Assembly (NCBI GenBank): GCA_038496445.1 | Contig: JALMLS010000138.1 | Coordinates: 292,270-356,269 of the forward strand | Length of the DNA stretch: 64,000 bases | From: Trichosphaerium sp. ATCC 40318 | Taxonomy: Eukaryota; Protista; Tubulinea | Direction of reading: 5' to 3' | Shown: positions 1-13,650 of the stretch, in pieces | Layout: every line of letters begins with the position of its first letter | Position numbering within the stretch: position 1 is the first letter of the stretch | Position numbers and translations under genes: made by a program | Notes under the pieces: generated by a model | What the model saw: the letters and a program-made list of their open reading frames with translations, nothing else | Database searches by the model: none | Told to the model about the DNA's origin: nothing

Positions 1-99
1 ACCCTCCACATTCCCAGTAAAACGGGCATGGATTTGACCTGAAATAACGTTGGCGCTACTTCAGCTTTTTCGGGACGGTTTGTGAACATAGGTAACCCT

Positions 100-600
100 T
101 TGCAACTCTGGCTATACCATTAGTGTATCCTTATATAGTACTTACGCGAGCATTCGGCCAGAAAGTCACGCGTGCTACGAATTGGGTGTTACATGAGATT
201 AATTTATCAGAAACAAAAGTAACAGATGATGGGATTAAAGGTGTTATCACGTGTACACAATATAAAACTGAGCTGTTGCAAATCAATAACAGATGAAGGT
301 ATTAAAGCACTGGAAATGTATACGATATTAATTTAGAACATTGATTGTAACTGACGAGGATAGACTAACACATACCATATCACTGTCATATTGAGAACAT
401 ATAACAGACGAAGCATGAAAGCATTAGTAGGTATCATATTGGGTGGTTGTAAATACATAACAGACAAGCACTAAAGCACTAACCAACGCATATGATGTTT
501 CTTTACAAGGAACAAACAATTTACGAGATACAGGTTTGGGCATTAGCGGAGTGTACCAATTATTCGTTTGAGTGATTGTGCAGTAACATGTGTGCTTCAT
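100..600 (+). pseudogene. Decayed leucine-rich-repeat gene of the same family as 44005-45252 and 57938-59218
   Basis: Frameshifted fragments read HEINLSETKVTDDGIK, VHNIKLSCCKSITDEGIKAL and ITDKH*STN, matching the intact paralogs' repeat; multiple indels and stops. Confidence 0.75.
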
Positions 601-928
601 TGGAGTATCTAAGACATAACTCATCAGTCGTTTAAATTACTACAAACTAAAATACACAAAAAAAAATGTGCAAACGGAAAATGTTGTGGTCACTTTGCAC
701 CCCAAAGTTCAACTTTTAACTAATCACACTTGTGATTGTAATAATAAACAGTAACGTTATACTTCAAACGTAGATACACTTCTATTAATTTTTTTATTTG
801 GTGATTAAGTGAACAAACACTGCGTTTCTCTTTTTGAACAAAAACAAAAAACTTAAAAAAGCATCTTATTATTGTTCGAAAAGAATTGAATGTCAGAGTT
901 CGCTGTCATAAGCTGGGCTTCGTAAAAT

Positions 929-1888
929 CTAGTTTTGGAAAACCATTGTGGCATCTAATTCGTAGCAATGAGATTGGCAAGCAGCGGTACATTGGTATGC
1001 AGTCCTAGAGATGGAACGTGAGTTTTTTTTAAATGTCTAAAAAAAAAAAGAAAAGCGTTCAACGATGTGGTAACGCTAGAAAACTCTTTTTTTCTTCAAT
1101 ATTGAGCGAGATATCTTACATATCAGTACAGTAGTAAACATCTAAATAGTACATAAGCACAACGAAACCAAACATAGAGAAAAATGATACAGAAAAAAAA
1201 AAAAAAAAAAAAAGAAAAAAGATATTTCTAATTTGTTCCCGTTTTAATCGAGACAATAACGAGATATTAACTCGTTTACGCTATAGCGTGCTTTGAGTAT
1301 ACTCATTATAGTGGCTGAACGACATGTATTTTAAAAACAAAGAGGTAACCGCGTTTAAGGCGTATGAACGTACGTTCTTTTGTTTGTCCTACTTTGTTAC
1401 AGAGTGGTGGGGTGTTACCAGTCTCATCAAATTCACCAGAGTCAGGAAGACAAAGACGACCTCCTTTAGCTTTCAAATGAGCGCATTGTCTAATATAAAA
1501 GTGAGTCTCTACGCCCAAACAACGACAAAAACGCGAAAGGAAAAAAAAAGATAATCAAAATTGAAATTAAATAATCACGTGATATCAAAACGACGTCTTC
1601 AAAAGAAGAAAGAACAAGATATCCTAAGCAAAGGGCAAATTATTTTGTTCAAAATGCGTACTCTACTGTTTGGACGAGAGCGTGTCTTTGGGCATCATTA
1701 CAGGCATCCATGAAGCTTTCGCAGCTGGTGGAGATACCACAACCGGAGACGACAGTTTCGTTACATGAGAAAAGAGCCAATGGTGGTCTCTCTGGAGGGA
1801 AGGTAATAGTTGCGGTTTCTGGTTCGAAGTAGTTCGAGGCAGAAGCGAACGCAATGGCGGCAACAAGAAGTAATAAAAGATATTTCAT
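929..1888 (-). CDS. Small secreted cysteine-rich protein (multi-exon)
   Basis: Signal peptide MKYLLLLLVAAIAFASA; spliced exons ...QTVE/QCAHLKAKGGRLCLP...TKE/..VYYCTDM/TAYQCTAACQSHCYELDATMVFQN*; GT-AG sites in compatible phase, including a 22-nt micro-exon. Confidence 0.7.
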
Positions 1889-2823
1889 AGCAGTAGAGTT
1901 ATCTAGATATGAGACGAGCTGTTGTTGTAACTTGTTTTGACTTGCTGTAAAAAAGTGAACATTCACGTTTTGGCTAGATTCACAATCTGATCTTTCAAAG
2001 GTGATATACAGTATTCTGAAGCCTTGGAATTGTATTTATTCGGTATTTAAGGTGATACGTAATCTCGAAGCCAATTTTTTTTGTGGTCAGAATTACTACA
2101 AGTATTTCAAGCCTCAAAGCAACAGATTGTCAACGAGTCATCGCTCCCACGCTGAACTAACGCTGATATATTACAGTTAACCTATCGACTCCTTTTGCGA
2201 TAATAGTACAACACAAACAATTGTCAATTAGCGCTTAAATTATCACATGTGCTATGTAAAAATGCTTTCAAGCAAAATTTATTTCGCAGTCGCAAACAAA
2301 AGCCAAAACCCTTTCCGGAATACTAATGGTGCCAGTACGCAATCAAGGCTTACTTTCGGACTTGACAACAGCGAAAAACTTTCTTACCTTGACCACCGGG
2401 ATAGTGTAGAGCTGTTTACAGTAGCGAGTGAAGTTGAAAAAACATTCCTAAATGCTCACGTGAGGAGTTAAAAGTTGTTTTTACATTTGACATATACCAC
2501 TGACTTGGTAAGCTCCTTTAGTGTGCTGCCTTGTCGTACATGACAGCTTGTTAGTTTTTTCTCAACATTCGCATGTTCTCTTTTTGGAGTTGCAGCCTTC
2601 GTTTTCAACAATGCATGAACGTTTTAGTCACGAAGTGCTTTTTTTTTTTTGGAAAAGCACCAAAACTTTGGGCTTTTTTCGGCAGCAATGGGCACGTAAA
2701 TTAATAAACTACAAACCAACCCGTTTACAAATCACATGAGAAGCAAGCGACTACTCGTGAAAGGCAAACAAAGCATCGTTTTATAAATAGTCCAAAATAA
2801 TTTGCTTACATGTGTACAGTCTA

Positions 2824-4045
2824 TCAATTTCCGAATATCAGAGCAGCTGCATAAGCACATGGTGCAAATATGAATATCAAAGGGATAACAAGGAATATGA
2901 CACCAGCAAGTTGAAGTCCTCGTATACCTGACAAGGGTTAGTTAACTGAAAAACAAAAAAGGAAAATAAAACCAACGATTTAAATGCATTAACAGTACCT
3001 GTCTTTCTCATTTGAAAGTATATTTGAGGAGGTTCTGTCTCAGTACCGTCCGTTACTAGTCTTATTCTAAGAGAGAACTCTGTCGGTGACTGTGAAAGAG
3101 AGTGAGAACGAAAGTTTTGAAGGCGAAACTGAAAAAAGACAAAAAGCACTTACAGAATAAACATTCCTTTTGAACGCTGTTGAGGAAAAATCCTGGGTTG
3201 CTGTACGCTTACAACTTGCTGTAATACATCCTGTTTCTCTATTATCCACATAGGAGAAAGATTTTCCTTCTGGTACAGCGTTTCTAATACTTGTAAAAGT
3301 AGGAGCTAAGATGGGTTTAGTTGAAGTTGTGCATTTGCTCCAAAAAAAAAAAAATGAAAAGATCATACTGCTGATGAAAATCGATGTAGCCAATACCAAC
3401 TCTGTTCGTGATAAACCATTAATGGTTGAAGATACTCTACCTACAGTACATTTTAAGGCTCTATAGATTGGAACGGTTTGCAACAACAAAAGCTGTCAAA
3501 GTGGTAGTTTTCGCTGTCAATTCGCTCGTTTTCGACCAACGACGCTGTGTTAGGCGAAATAAGGCAATAAATAAATTCGGCTTATTGGAGGTATGTTGGG
3601 GGTCGAGAATCACAAGGCGTACCCTCTATTACTGCGTCGCGTGGGTAAAGGTACGTCGCCTTAAACCTTTTTCCAGATTTACTAGAGTCTAAAAACACGT
3701 CAAAGTCGCCTGAAACCTCTTGTGGTTCTGTCACATCAGGGCAGGTTGGGTTTTGTGCTGTTAATGGTACAGAAACGTATGTCGGGTTTGTTGTGTTATC
3801 AACAGGGCACAACGGTATGCTATTCGTTTCTTAATATTGGTTTTAAACAAGTTTGGAAAGTACGCGTAATAAGGTGTTTCATTCGTTCCAAGGCTTCCAA
3901 TAACGACTAATGGTATTCCTAAAAACACTGTTAGCGCTTTTGGAGCAGTTTAAAGTATTGTACCTATAATAAGGCAAACAGGGAGTAGAATGACTCCAAT
4001 GACGATCATTATCATCCAGGCACCACAAGCATGACCGCAGAACAT
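2824..4045 (-). CDS. Uncharacterised membrane protein (N- and C-terminal TM helices, luminal domain)
   Basis: MFCGHACGAWMIMIVIGVILLPVCLII.. start; exons overlap ORFs 3582-3812, 3067-3489 and 2877-3149; last exon GIRGLQLAGVIFLVIPLIFIFAPCAYAAALIFGN*. Confidence 0.6.
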
Positions 4046-4140
4046 TGTAGGCTACTGTGGTTCTCTTGACACAATAGAAAAAAAAAAAAAGCGACAGTTA
4101 AGTCAGATTTTGGACATTTGTTTAAGGGGCACCAAAACTA

Positions 4141-7100
4141 ATGAGTGAAACCCAGGTGCGGTTGAATATATACGATCTATATGAGCTTCGTAAGCTCAAT
4201 AAATTTGCTCTACCACTCGGGTTTGGAGCTTTTCATAGCGGTGTAGAAGGTAAGTTAATAATATCACGTGACTTGAGATAAAACACGTGTACTTCAACCA
4301 TACTCTATCGAAAAAATAGGCCGGCGTTTTTTGGTTTTTGTTTGTTTTTTTTTTTTGATTTAGGGCTCACAATGTAAAATTCTAAGCCGGAGGTTTGTTT
4401 ATTGTAAATTTGAGCGTTTATAAGTACTCATAACAAGTTGTTTGTATTTATTATTACTTTTATAGTCTTTGGTCTGGAGTTTAGCTTTGGTTTCCCTCAT
4501 GGTACGCTTGTTTTTTTAATAGTATAAATGATGACATACAAGTCCGGGGAAAGCGGATTATTGGAGAAAAAAAAAAGCCCAAACTTGTCCCCATGTTCTT
4601 TCATATTTGTTTTCAAAATTAGATGGTTTTTTTAAAATCTAGTTGTAACAAAGGAATGACATTCCTGCTTTGTCTTTCGGGTTGATTTTGCGTAAGATGA
4701 TTTTATAACTTACTTTAATTGTATCAAGGTGTATTCGCTATTCAACCACGGACGGCGCCTAATGCTAGGTTTAAGACGTCGATAAAAATGGGCAAAGTAA
4801 GTTTGTTTAGTATTTTTTTTTTTTGATTTTTTTTTAAATCTATTTGCGTGTTGTCTCTCTTTGGTGTATGTACTTTAATGCAATTTTGTTTTCTGTTTTG
4901 AATTACTCCTTTTGTAATAAAAACCGATAGCACAAGTGATTTAGTTTTTTGTATTCAAAGAGAAGATCAAACAAGATCAAAATGACGGCATATCAATACT
5001 TCCGGTTTTTTTTCAAGTCGTATTTCTTTTAATACTCCGTTCTTACACTTCACGTGATATTAATACCGTTACTAATTATATTATTCAATAGATAAATTTA
5101 CAACGTACCCGTGTAAAAGAATTACTAGTCACAGCAAGGTACGCCATAGATTATTTCTTTGAAGTTTGGGTTTTATCGAATCGTACAATCGAAAAAAAAA
5201 AATCGGTTAGTTTCGCGATTTTAAAAGGAACCTTATTGGGAAATTTATCCTTAATTTATCGTTATACAAGCGCTGTGACACGATTAATACTATTTCTTTT
5301 GATTTTAATTGAGAATTTTTCTGATAACATCGCAATAAAGGGATTGCTTTCCTCCGGAAGATTATCATATTCTAAACAAGAATTGTCATCATTTCTGTGA
5401 CTTGGTTTGTCAGTTACTTGTAAATAAGAGCATACCAAAATACCTAAATAAGCTGCCTAAATTCGTATCATATTTCGCTACACTTATACCAACAGAGAAA
5501 CTAGCACCGGTAAGAAACCAACCAAAAAACAAAAAAAAAAAAAAAAGGAAGCCAAGGAAAATCTCATCCCTTCTTTTTGTCCTCACCTCTACAAAACAAA
5601 AATCATACCACCTTTATAGAATATGTAACGTTTTAACGCACAAGAGCGTAAAAACGTTCTCGCTAGATTTGAAAGTTTGACACTCGATATATCACGTGAT
5701 TGTTAACAAAAAGAACCTAGACAATACCGAGTGGCGATAAGGAAGAACTTGCTACTTATGATGCCTTTGCGTATTTCACGTCATCAGACGAAGATGATGA
5801 TGAGAGCGATTTATTTTCGCCTCCACAGGTTACAGACGAAGATATATTCGGAACGCAAGACACAGAAACAGAGGTATTTTTTGTCTTTCAAACATTTTCA
5901 CTGAAGTTAAACACGACACTCATTCTTTTTGGTTTAGGAGGGAGAGAGTTTTATGGATTTTGTTCAATTTCTTGAAATAGAACGTAATAAATATAAGGAA
6001 GAAAATAATGAAGAAGTAAGCACAGTAAGTAAGAAAGAGAGTAAGAAGGAAAGTAAGAAAACAGCCAAAAAAGCAGCAAAATTATCTAAAAAATCTGAAA
6101 TGGGCGGAAGCTTCTTTTTAAAGAAGAAGAATAGAAAAAATAGATCTTATTCTGTTGGACTTGGTGCAGATTATAATGGAAAGAAACATTCAAGAAAGTC
6201 AGGATCATGGGATGGATCAGAAAGGAATCGCATTGCAAAACCTAAATTTAAAAGCGGTTTTAAGTCATGTGATGCCTCTTCAGAGTCAGAAGAAGAATCT
6301 CCTCCAAAGTCATTTGCTGAACGAAAACATGCTACACACTCTAAACTAGTATGTATCAAGTGCATATTCGCATATTTAATTCCTATTAGATTGCTTCGAG
6401 ACGACATACAACGTCAAATGATTCAAAGATAAAATTTGATTCAACAGTTTTAGACACTTCTTCGAGGTCTTCACCAAGAAAACGAAGAGTGCGCTCCAGG
6501 TGTATGAAAGATATCGCTTCTAACATTCCACACAGACTACTTCTGGAAATGTTGGCTCTCCTCTGAGATCAAAGCTTGTAAAGAGTCCACCAAGAAGCAG
6601 AAAAGAAATCCAAAAAATGAAAAAGGTACATTTACATTTAGAAGAAAAAAATCCTCATGTTATGATTCTCCGAAGGTAATGCGCGCTAAATCTAATGAGC
6701 GTAAAAAATCCAAAGATAAGGGATATGATCTTAATGATAGAGAGTTATTCTCCGCACCACTGGGAAAGGTATAAAAAAAAAAGTCAATTCAGTTTTTGGC
6801 TTCATTTTCCTTCCGTCACTTCCCTCCTAACCTATTCATGTGCTAGAAGGCTAAACATGGTACTGGTACAAGAGGATTTTTGGAGTTTTCTAAGCCAGAA
6901 ATAAATTATCAAGTGACACGTATAACAAAGAAAACACCTGTAAGAACAATGAAGTTTGTTTATGAATGTGATATTTATCTTCATAATATCACCGATGAAG
7001 ATCAAGAGCTCGCTCATGTTTTACGTCAACTTTCTAAAGAGATACCTAATCAAGATGGTAAACTCATTGCGTTAAATACAATGGTACAAATCATTTCAAA

Positions 7101-9230
7101 AAAGAACACAAAAAAGATCCAACATCAATCTTTGTGATTTTTTTTTCAACTTTCAGTTTCTAATTCCGGCTCAGGGCACTCCAATTAAGCAAGATTTGAA
7201 AATGAAGAAGATTAAAGATCAGACAATCGTTCTACAAAAGGATGAAACATATAACCAAATACATTCAAAGAGCATGCCAAACTTTCAATCGCAAATGTCT
7301 AAAGAGTTATCACAATATAATTCATCTCCACCAACGACGAGTAACAAACGCACAATACCTGATTCAATGTATATAGACGATTCATCATCATCGTCATCTG
7401 AAGAGGATGCACCTAAAAATAAAGAAGAGAAGGAAGAAAAAGATAAAAACGAAGAAGAAGATGTCGATTTTTCTCTGTTCTTGCTCAAAAAGAAGCCAGA
7501 GACAAGAATTAAGAGTTACATCTCTACTTTGAGGTATGAACTGCTGGCATTTATTTCAACTATGCGCAAGCATAGTGTATTGTCATTGAAGCCATCTTCT
7601 ACTCAAAAGGGAGGAGCTTCCATTGACTTAAAGCAAAACTATTTTGTTGTCTTTCTAATACCTGGTAGTAACTCTACAATGTCCGAGCTTGCTAGTATAT
7701 CGCAAATATCTATACAAGCTGGCGGAAGCGATTCCGAGCAAAATATTATTCCAAGTAGTCAAGCAGTCACTGAATTTGTCAACTTTTTGTCATGCACAGT
7801 CGAACCTAGTGCTCCAGGTACGCAAAAAAATATAAATTCAAAAAAAAAAAGACTTTTATTAAATTCGTCTTGCCAAACCATACGCCAACACGTGGTTGTT
7901 GTGATTGTTACCTCAATTCCGTTTGTTTCATATGTATCCATTGTTTTTTCTAATTAATATCCACGTGATTGTTAGAGGGAGTGAAAATAGCTAACCTTTT
8001 TTTTAGAGCCTGAGCCTGAAGAAATTAAACAAGATGACGGTTCTGGAAAGTATGTGACACCGTCAGTGAAGGAACTACGTGCGGTAATAGAACGTGCTAT
8101 ATTAGCAGATTCAAGTGATTCACAAAGTCCACACCGTCGACCACATCCTGAGCGCTCAGAGCGCCCAAAACGGACAAAGAGTCCAATAAGACCTATTAAA
8201 GTTTCTCAGTATAGATCACTTTCGTGTATGGACCTTAGACAGTCTGCACCTCTTCCAGGTCCTATAGAAATAAAACCAAAGAAGAAAAAACATCAAAGAG
8301 CGAGAAGAATGAGAAAAACGTTTTCAAGATCAGAAAATAAGGTCAAACAAACTATCCAAAAAAAAACAAAAACATCCAAAAAAAAAAATCTCGTTTTACT
8401 TTTTTAATTATCACGTGATAAGCTCAGAAAGTTTTTATTTCAACAATGTGATTCTTATAAGAGATATCAGGCCAAAAAATCAGGAGAAAAATCAAATATC
8501 GAGGGAATCAAAGGACATACACGTCTGAGAAGGTAACCACTTGTTATTTTTTTTTATTACCTAATTTTTCTCATCTCTAACCGTCTTTCTTCTCAGATCA
8601 TCTGTTGATTCTTCTGTGTGCGTAATAAAGATACGATAAGCTTTAACTTACAAGTGATAATTAGTACAAAACCACCAAACGGGCAGCAAAAAGCTTTGGT
8701 CCACGAAATTCAACAGCGAGGAAGAAGAATAAGAATGAGAAGTATATCACTCGGAAGACCAATGTCAAATAGTGTTGTTTCGAATGATAGGTAAAATATC
8801 ACAAGGATAACTATTTCTTACTAACACTTCTTTCGGAGCTCTGATGCGTTCGTTGACTCGACAGGAGTGACAAATTACAGAGGTTTGTCTTCTTCAAATG
8901 ACTCATCACCAAGTAAGTGACTTGTGCTATTAATTGGTTCTATTGAATAACAAAATTATAAGGACGCATAAGAATGAGGTTTGGATCAGTATCTGCTGGA
9001 TCTGATTCATCTGAATCAAGTAAATTTGTAGATTCAAAAGAAGCTTTTAAAGTACGATGCAAAAAAAAAACAAAAAAAACAAAAAAAAAAGATTCATTTT
9101 CTTCTTGAGAACGATGTCAACATCACGTGAGGCTTCACGTGTATTTTTTAATTTTAATCAAACTCTCTGCCCATAACACTGTTTTATGAAGCATACTAGA
9201 TATTACTGTTACGAAAAAGGGTTGCAAATT
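4141..9230 (+). CDS. PPPDE/DeSI-family peptidase with long disordered S/K/R/E-rich C-terminal extension (3' end approximate)
   Basis: MSETQVRLNIYDL..GFGAFHSGVEVFGLEFSFG and YHILNKNCHHFCD give the His/Cys dyad motifs; exons continue in phase (TIPSGDKEE.., EGESFMDFVQ.., ORFs 5953, 6880, 7196, 8054). Confidence 0.8.
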
Positions 9231-9639
9231 GAGCAGTTTTTTTTTTCTTTCTTTCAAAGCCGAGTTACCAATGAAGTTGTAAACTTTTTTGTTCTTCAAT
9301 TTACTAATGCGCTATTTTAGCATGTACTGCCACTGATTAGAAAAGCTAATAGACATGAATGAATCTTAGCAATTTTTTTAAATTTACTTGTAAAGAAAAA
9401 AACTGTGGCCGACATAAACCATACACGTGTGCATATTAAAAAAAAACCAAACTCAAGTTTAGTTAAAAAAAACAAAGTTGTAAGCTCATTACAGTCAAAT
9501 ACGGATGTAGGCTGGTCACAATACATCTAGACATTGCGTGACTATCATTAAAGTTGAAAGAAGTATAATTTTTCTATGGTAGGTGAGCTGGTCGCTTGTA
9601 ATTTACAGTGGAAGGTAAAGAGTTTTTTTATTGTTGTTT

Positions 9640-10431
9640 TTAGAGGTCATTTACAACGACAGCAGTGAGACTATTGTCGGCCAACAAGCCTTCTGCGAAA
9701 ACAGTGTAGATAAGACCAGCTTCAAGCGTAACACCAGGAAGAGCAAGAGCGACAGTATTTGTACCTGCAACACGTACTTCAAGGTCAAAAGTACCAGGAA
9801 GTAATTGAAGGTAAGATGACGCTTTTGTAAATGATATGGCCTTGAATAGAACGGGACCGCCCTTTACAGCAATATCTACTGAAGGTGCATCAGGTGACAA
9901 ATGAGCAAAGCGAACAGCAAGAAAACCCTGGAGTTAATAAGTAAGAATTAAATGATATTTTCTTTGCTTGTAAATAGTTGGTAACGTACGCTTCTTGGAA
10001 GTCTGTTATCATCCAAGAAAACAACAGGACGAATTGCAGCGAGTTTTCCAGCAGCAGCAACAGTGACAACTTGATCATTTGATGTATCAAATTCGCTGTA
10101 AAGAATCGTTAATTACTTGGCTTATTTTCCAACAAAACCATCAATGTTTCGTACTCAATTTGAATTACAACTGGGCCACCTTGTGCCATGACACTAACGT
10201 TGTATTTTGAAGCTGGTAGAGGAGCATATGCTGTAACACCTTTGAATCCGAGGCCTTTGAATACCTAGCGATGCGTTAGTGTTAAATCAACAACTGAAGA
10301 CATACAGCGAGACCATCTACAACAACGTTGACTCTAGGTGCATCAGGTGAAGCGTGAGCGAACCTGATAAGAGCGCAAGATGAAATACAAGCCAAAGAGA
10401 GTACAAGAGTAACAAGAGTAAGTGTGTTCAT
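9640..10431 (-). CDS. Secreted DUF4397 (AlgF-like) domain protein, copy 1
   Basis: Signal peptide, then two IRFAHASPDAP / VRFAHLSPDAPSVDI repeats and LEAGLIYTVFAEG; three introns. Confidence 0.85.
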
Positions 10432-11242
10432 TGTGGTGGTTTTTTTTGATATAATGAACCAGTTCGGAAATTTGCTTCATTTTCATTTCTCCACGCTTTC
10501 TTATTTGCATAAATCCGGTAGAAATATGTTCCGAACGCATAAACCAGCTGTAAGGTGATGATGGCGTACACTTAAACGCTCTATCAGCTTCGGTAGATTT
10601 GTTCTGTGTACATTGTATTCTCCGTTTTAGAGCTGCGGTACAGGCACATGCACTTTGGGCTTAGTACTGTTTAGGTTGCATTTAGGAGGGTTGCTTGTAC
10701 ATAATAGGATGTTGCGATTTCCATATCTGGTGTTGGTAACAAAACAAGAGAGTTGCACTTGTAAATATCAATTGACTATTCAAACTATACTTTTTGTCTC
10801 TTAACGTACTCGCGGGTTAGAATGGGATATGCTTCAGTACATCATTTCAAGTTTGTTTCCATGTCAGTTCTTTAAAACGAGGTCTAGTCTTCTTTTTTTA
10901 GATTAAAGTTTTTCCGAAGGAATCCTTACTTTAGCTAGAGAAGAACTATATGTAACTCTGTAAGTTTTTATGGAACTTACACTTTTACTTGTTCCTGAGA
11001 ATTTTACTGACAAAGACGTTGAACATTCTTACCCATTTTAAGCTCCTTCTTTTTCTGAAAAGATAAAGTACAAAGCAAACAGTACTACTATTTAATCCAA
11101 GTTAAAAAGAGCAACGAAAGTTTTCGGAAGGAACACGGAGCAATTAATTACCGAAGATTTTCTTCAAATTAGGAGAAACGATTGACAAAAAATATCGAAA
11201 TTTCTAGTGACTTACCAACTTTCATTATCTCAAAACGTTAAC

Positions 11243-12056
11243 ATGAACACACTTACTCTTGTTACTCTTGTACTCTCTTTAGCTTGTATTTCATCTTGCT
11301 CATTAGTAAGGTTTGCTCACGCTTCACCTGATGCACCTTCAGTTGACGTTATTGTAAACGGACAATTTGTAAGTGTAGTTTTGGTTTTATAGGCAAAAGA
11401 AAAAGCTAACAATATGACTCTTAGTTATTCAAAAACCTCGAGTTCAAAGGATTCACCGAATACTCTCCTGTGCTACCTGGAAAATACAACATTAGTATTG
11501 TTGCCTCCGGCACAACAGGTCCTGCTGTTCTTCAAGTCAAGTATGATACAATCAATTTGATTTCTTGCAGACTCTTTTAATTGCGTTCTAGCAACTATGA
11601 CGCCACAAGCACTGAAGTTATCACTGTAGCCGCTGCTGGAAAACTTGCAAAACTAGTTCCAGTTGTTATTATGGATGACAGAAGACTTCCAATAAGAGTA
11701 AGTATTAATCTCAGTTTATTGCGATAAACTCTTTCGGACATTAATCAAGACGGCTAACTTTTTTACGTCAGGGATATGTTGCTTTCCGTTTTGTACACCT
11801 TGTCTCCGATGCTCCAGCTGTAGATATTCTCGTGGGAGGAAAAAAATTCTTCGAGAGTGTTTCATTCAAAGAGTCAACAACATACGCCAGAGTAAGACCT
11901 GGTACTTTCGACATTCTAGTACTCGTTGCTGGTACCAATACTGTAGTTCTTGATGTTCCAGGTGTAAAGCTCGCTACTAATCGTATATACTCTGCGTATG
12001 CTGAAGGTTCACTTTATGAGGATACTGTCACTGCTGTATTGGAGGATGACCTTTAA
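11243..12056 (+). CDS. Secreted DUF4397 (AlgF-like) domain protein, copy 2
   Basis: VRFAHASPDAPSVDV and FRFVHLVSDAPAVDI repeats; three introns at the same positions as copy 1. Confidence 0.85.
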
Positions 12057-13176
12057 GACAAAAAACAAATAAACTTATTGCAAGCTCTTTCGTTATACTT
12101 TGAGGTAAATCCTACCTCCATACTTTCAAAAACATTACCTACCCTTGAGAAACCTACAAACAATGATAGGTGTGTATACGCACAACCATCACAGTTATTT
12201 TCTTACGGACACTCCTTTCATCACGTGATAATTCTTCCGAAATTAGGTTGAGTTTGCTCTGACGTTTATTTAGCTATGTTGTTGCGACTCAAATCTCAAG
12301 GCTTTGAGTCTGCCTCACTTTTCTTGTATGGGCGTAAGAAAAACGGTAACCGGTAATATCTTCAATAAGATAATGATTGTAGCAACTCCATTTGTTTAAC
12401 ATTAGAAAAATAGCCATATTTAGTTTCATTTTGTCTGTGTTAAGCGCAAGAGCTTGTTCATCACTGTGAGTATGTAGTTAACAAGTAAGATTATTTTATT
12501 TACAAGGTGTAACCCATCATACAACTATGAGGATGAAAACAGTTTAAGTAATGACAACTAACAATTGGATTATTGACTTTTTTTGTACTCGATAATCCGT
12601 GTCAACTCCTTACTTTAGTATTGAATATTATGTGATGCGCCCCTTTCTAATTTTCTTCTTACCTATCGCTAACAGCCCAATAACTACCAGGAGGTCATAA
12701 AGTGCCACTTGGATATTATGAGGTTTACCAGGTCTTGTATGAAGATGTTGATACAGGTTCAACGTCTAATGTTGCTAAACAAAAAGAACGATCATAGGAT
12801 GCTATGCATTGCCTACTCAAAGTTTATATAGAGCTTTTCCCTAACGGCAGAACTCACCTCTGTATCGGACCTTATAATTTTCTTGGCCCAGACCGAGTTC
12901 CTAAGTTAATTACGTGCTACTTACGAGGACATGCTGGCTAATGTAACGATTCAAGCTTTCACACTACGTCGGATTAAGATGGAACTTTGACAACTCCACC
13001 TCGCAATGCATACACCCACTAAGCTAGACGGAGGACTCCCTTAAATGTTTTCGACCAAATGGCTAGGAAGCCCCACGCGTGGTGCACACACTGCAACTAC
13101 TACAATTTACAAGATAAATTCGTTTCATTTTATACCCATAAAAGCTACTCAGAAATAAATTGTGGGATACAGACTG

Positions 13177-13650
13177 CACTTCACAGAAAATTCTATTGTA
13201 ATTACTCAAATATGGATAATGCATATTTCAAAACGCTACAAATGGCTTGTGCATGCTATTTAAACACTTGGAAACCATAGCAGCAAAGTTTTGGTTCAAA
13301 AAACGTGTTTCTAAGCGAGAACTTCTTTTTCTGGTTGTTGCATTGTTCACTTCACTGAAATTCTATTGCAATTACTCAAAAATGGATAATGCACATTTCA
13401 AAACGCTCATAAAGGCTTGTGAGAGCTATTTACACGCGCGGAAATCCTAGTGGCGAAGTTTTGTTCCAAAAACGTGCAATTAAGCGATAACTTCTTTTTC
13501 TGGTTGTATACGTCAGTACACTTCACTGAATATCAATTTAAGTGACGCAAATATGGATAATGCACATTTAAAAACACCATAAACCCTGGAACTAAGCATT
13601 TTCATGCGTTGAGAACCGTTTCAGCGCTCGTTTGTTTCAAAAAACGATAA
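13177..13650. repeat. Tandem repeat, ~171-bp unit, about 2.7 copies
   Basis: CACTTCAC(A/T)GAA at 13177, 13348 and 13519; ATGGATAATGCA(T/C)ATTT in each unit; AACTTCTTTTTCTGGTTGT ends units 1 and 2. Confidence 0.9.

Noticed and set aside
1190-1220. Long poly(A)/poly(T) tracts as retro-insertion tails
   Set aside because: Homopolymer tracts are ubiquitous in introns here on both strands and lack target-site duplications
12670-13110. Possible transposon or zinc-knuckle relic (..CYLRGHAG*C..)
   Set aside because: Several stops and no recognisable family motif; cannot be supported
13177-13650. CRISPR array or coding repeat
   Set aside because: Whole units are similar (no unique spacers), frames contain stops, and the context is eukaryotic
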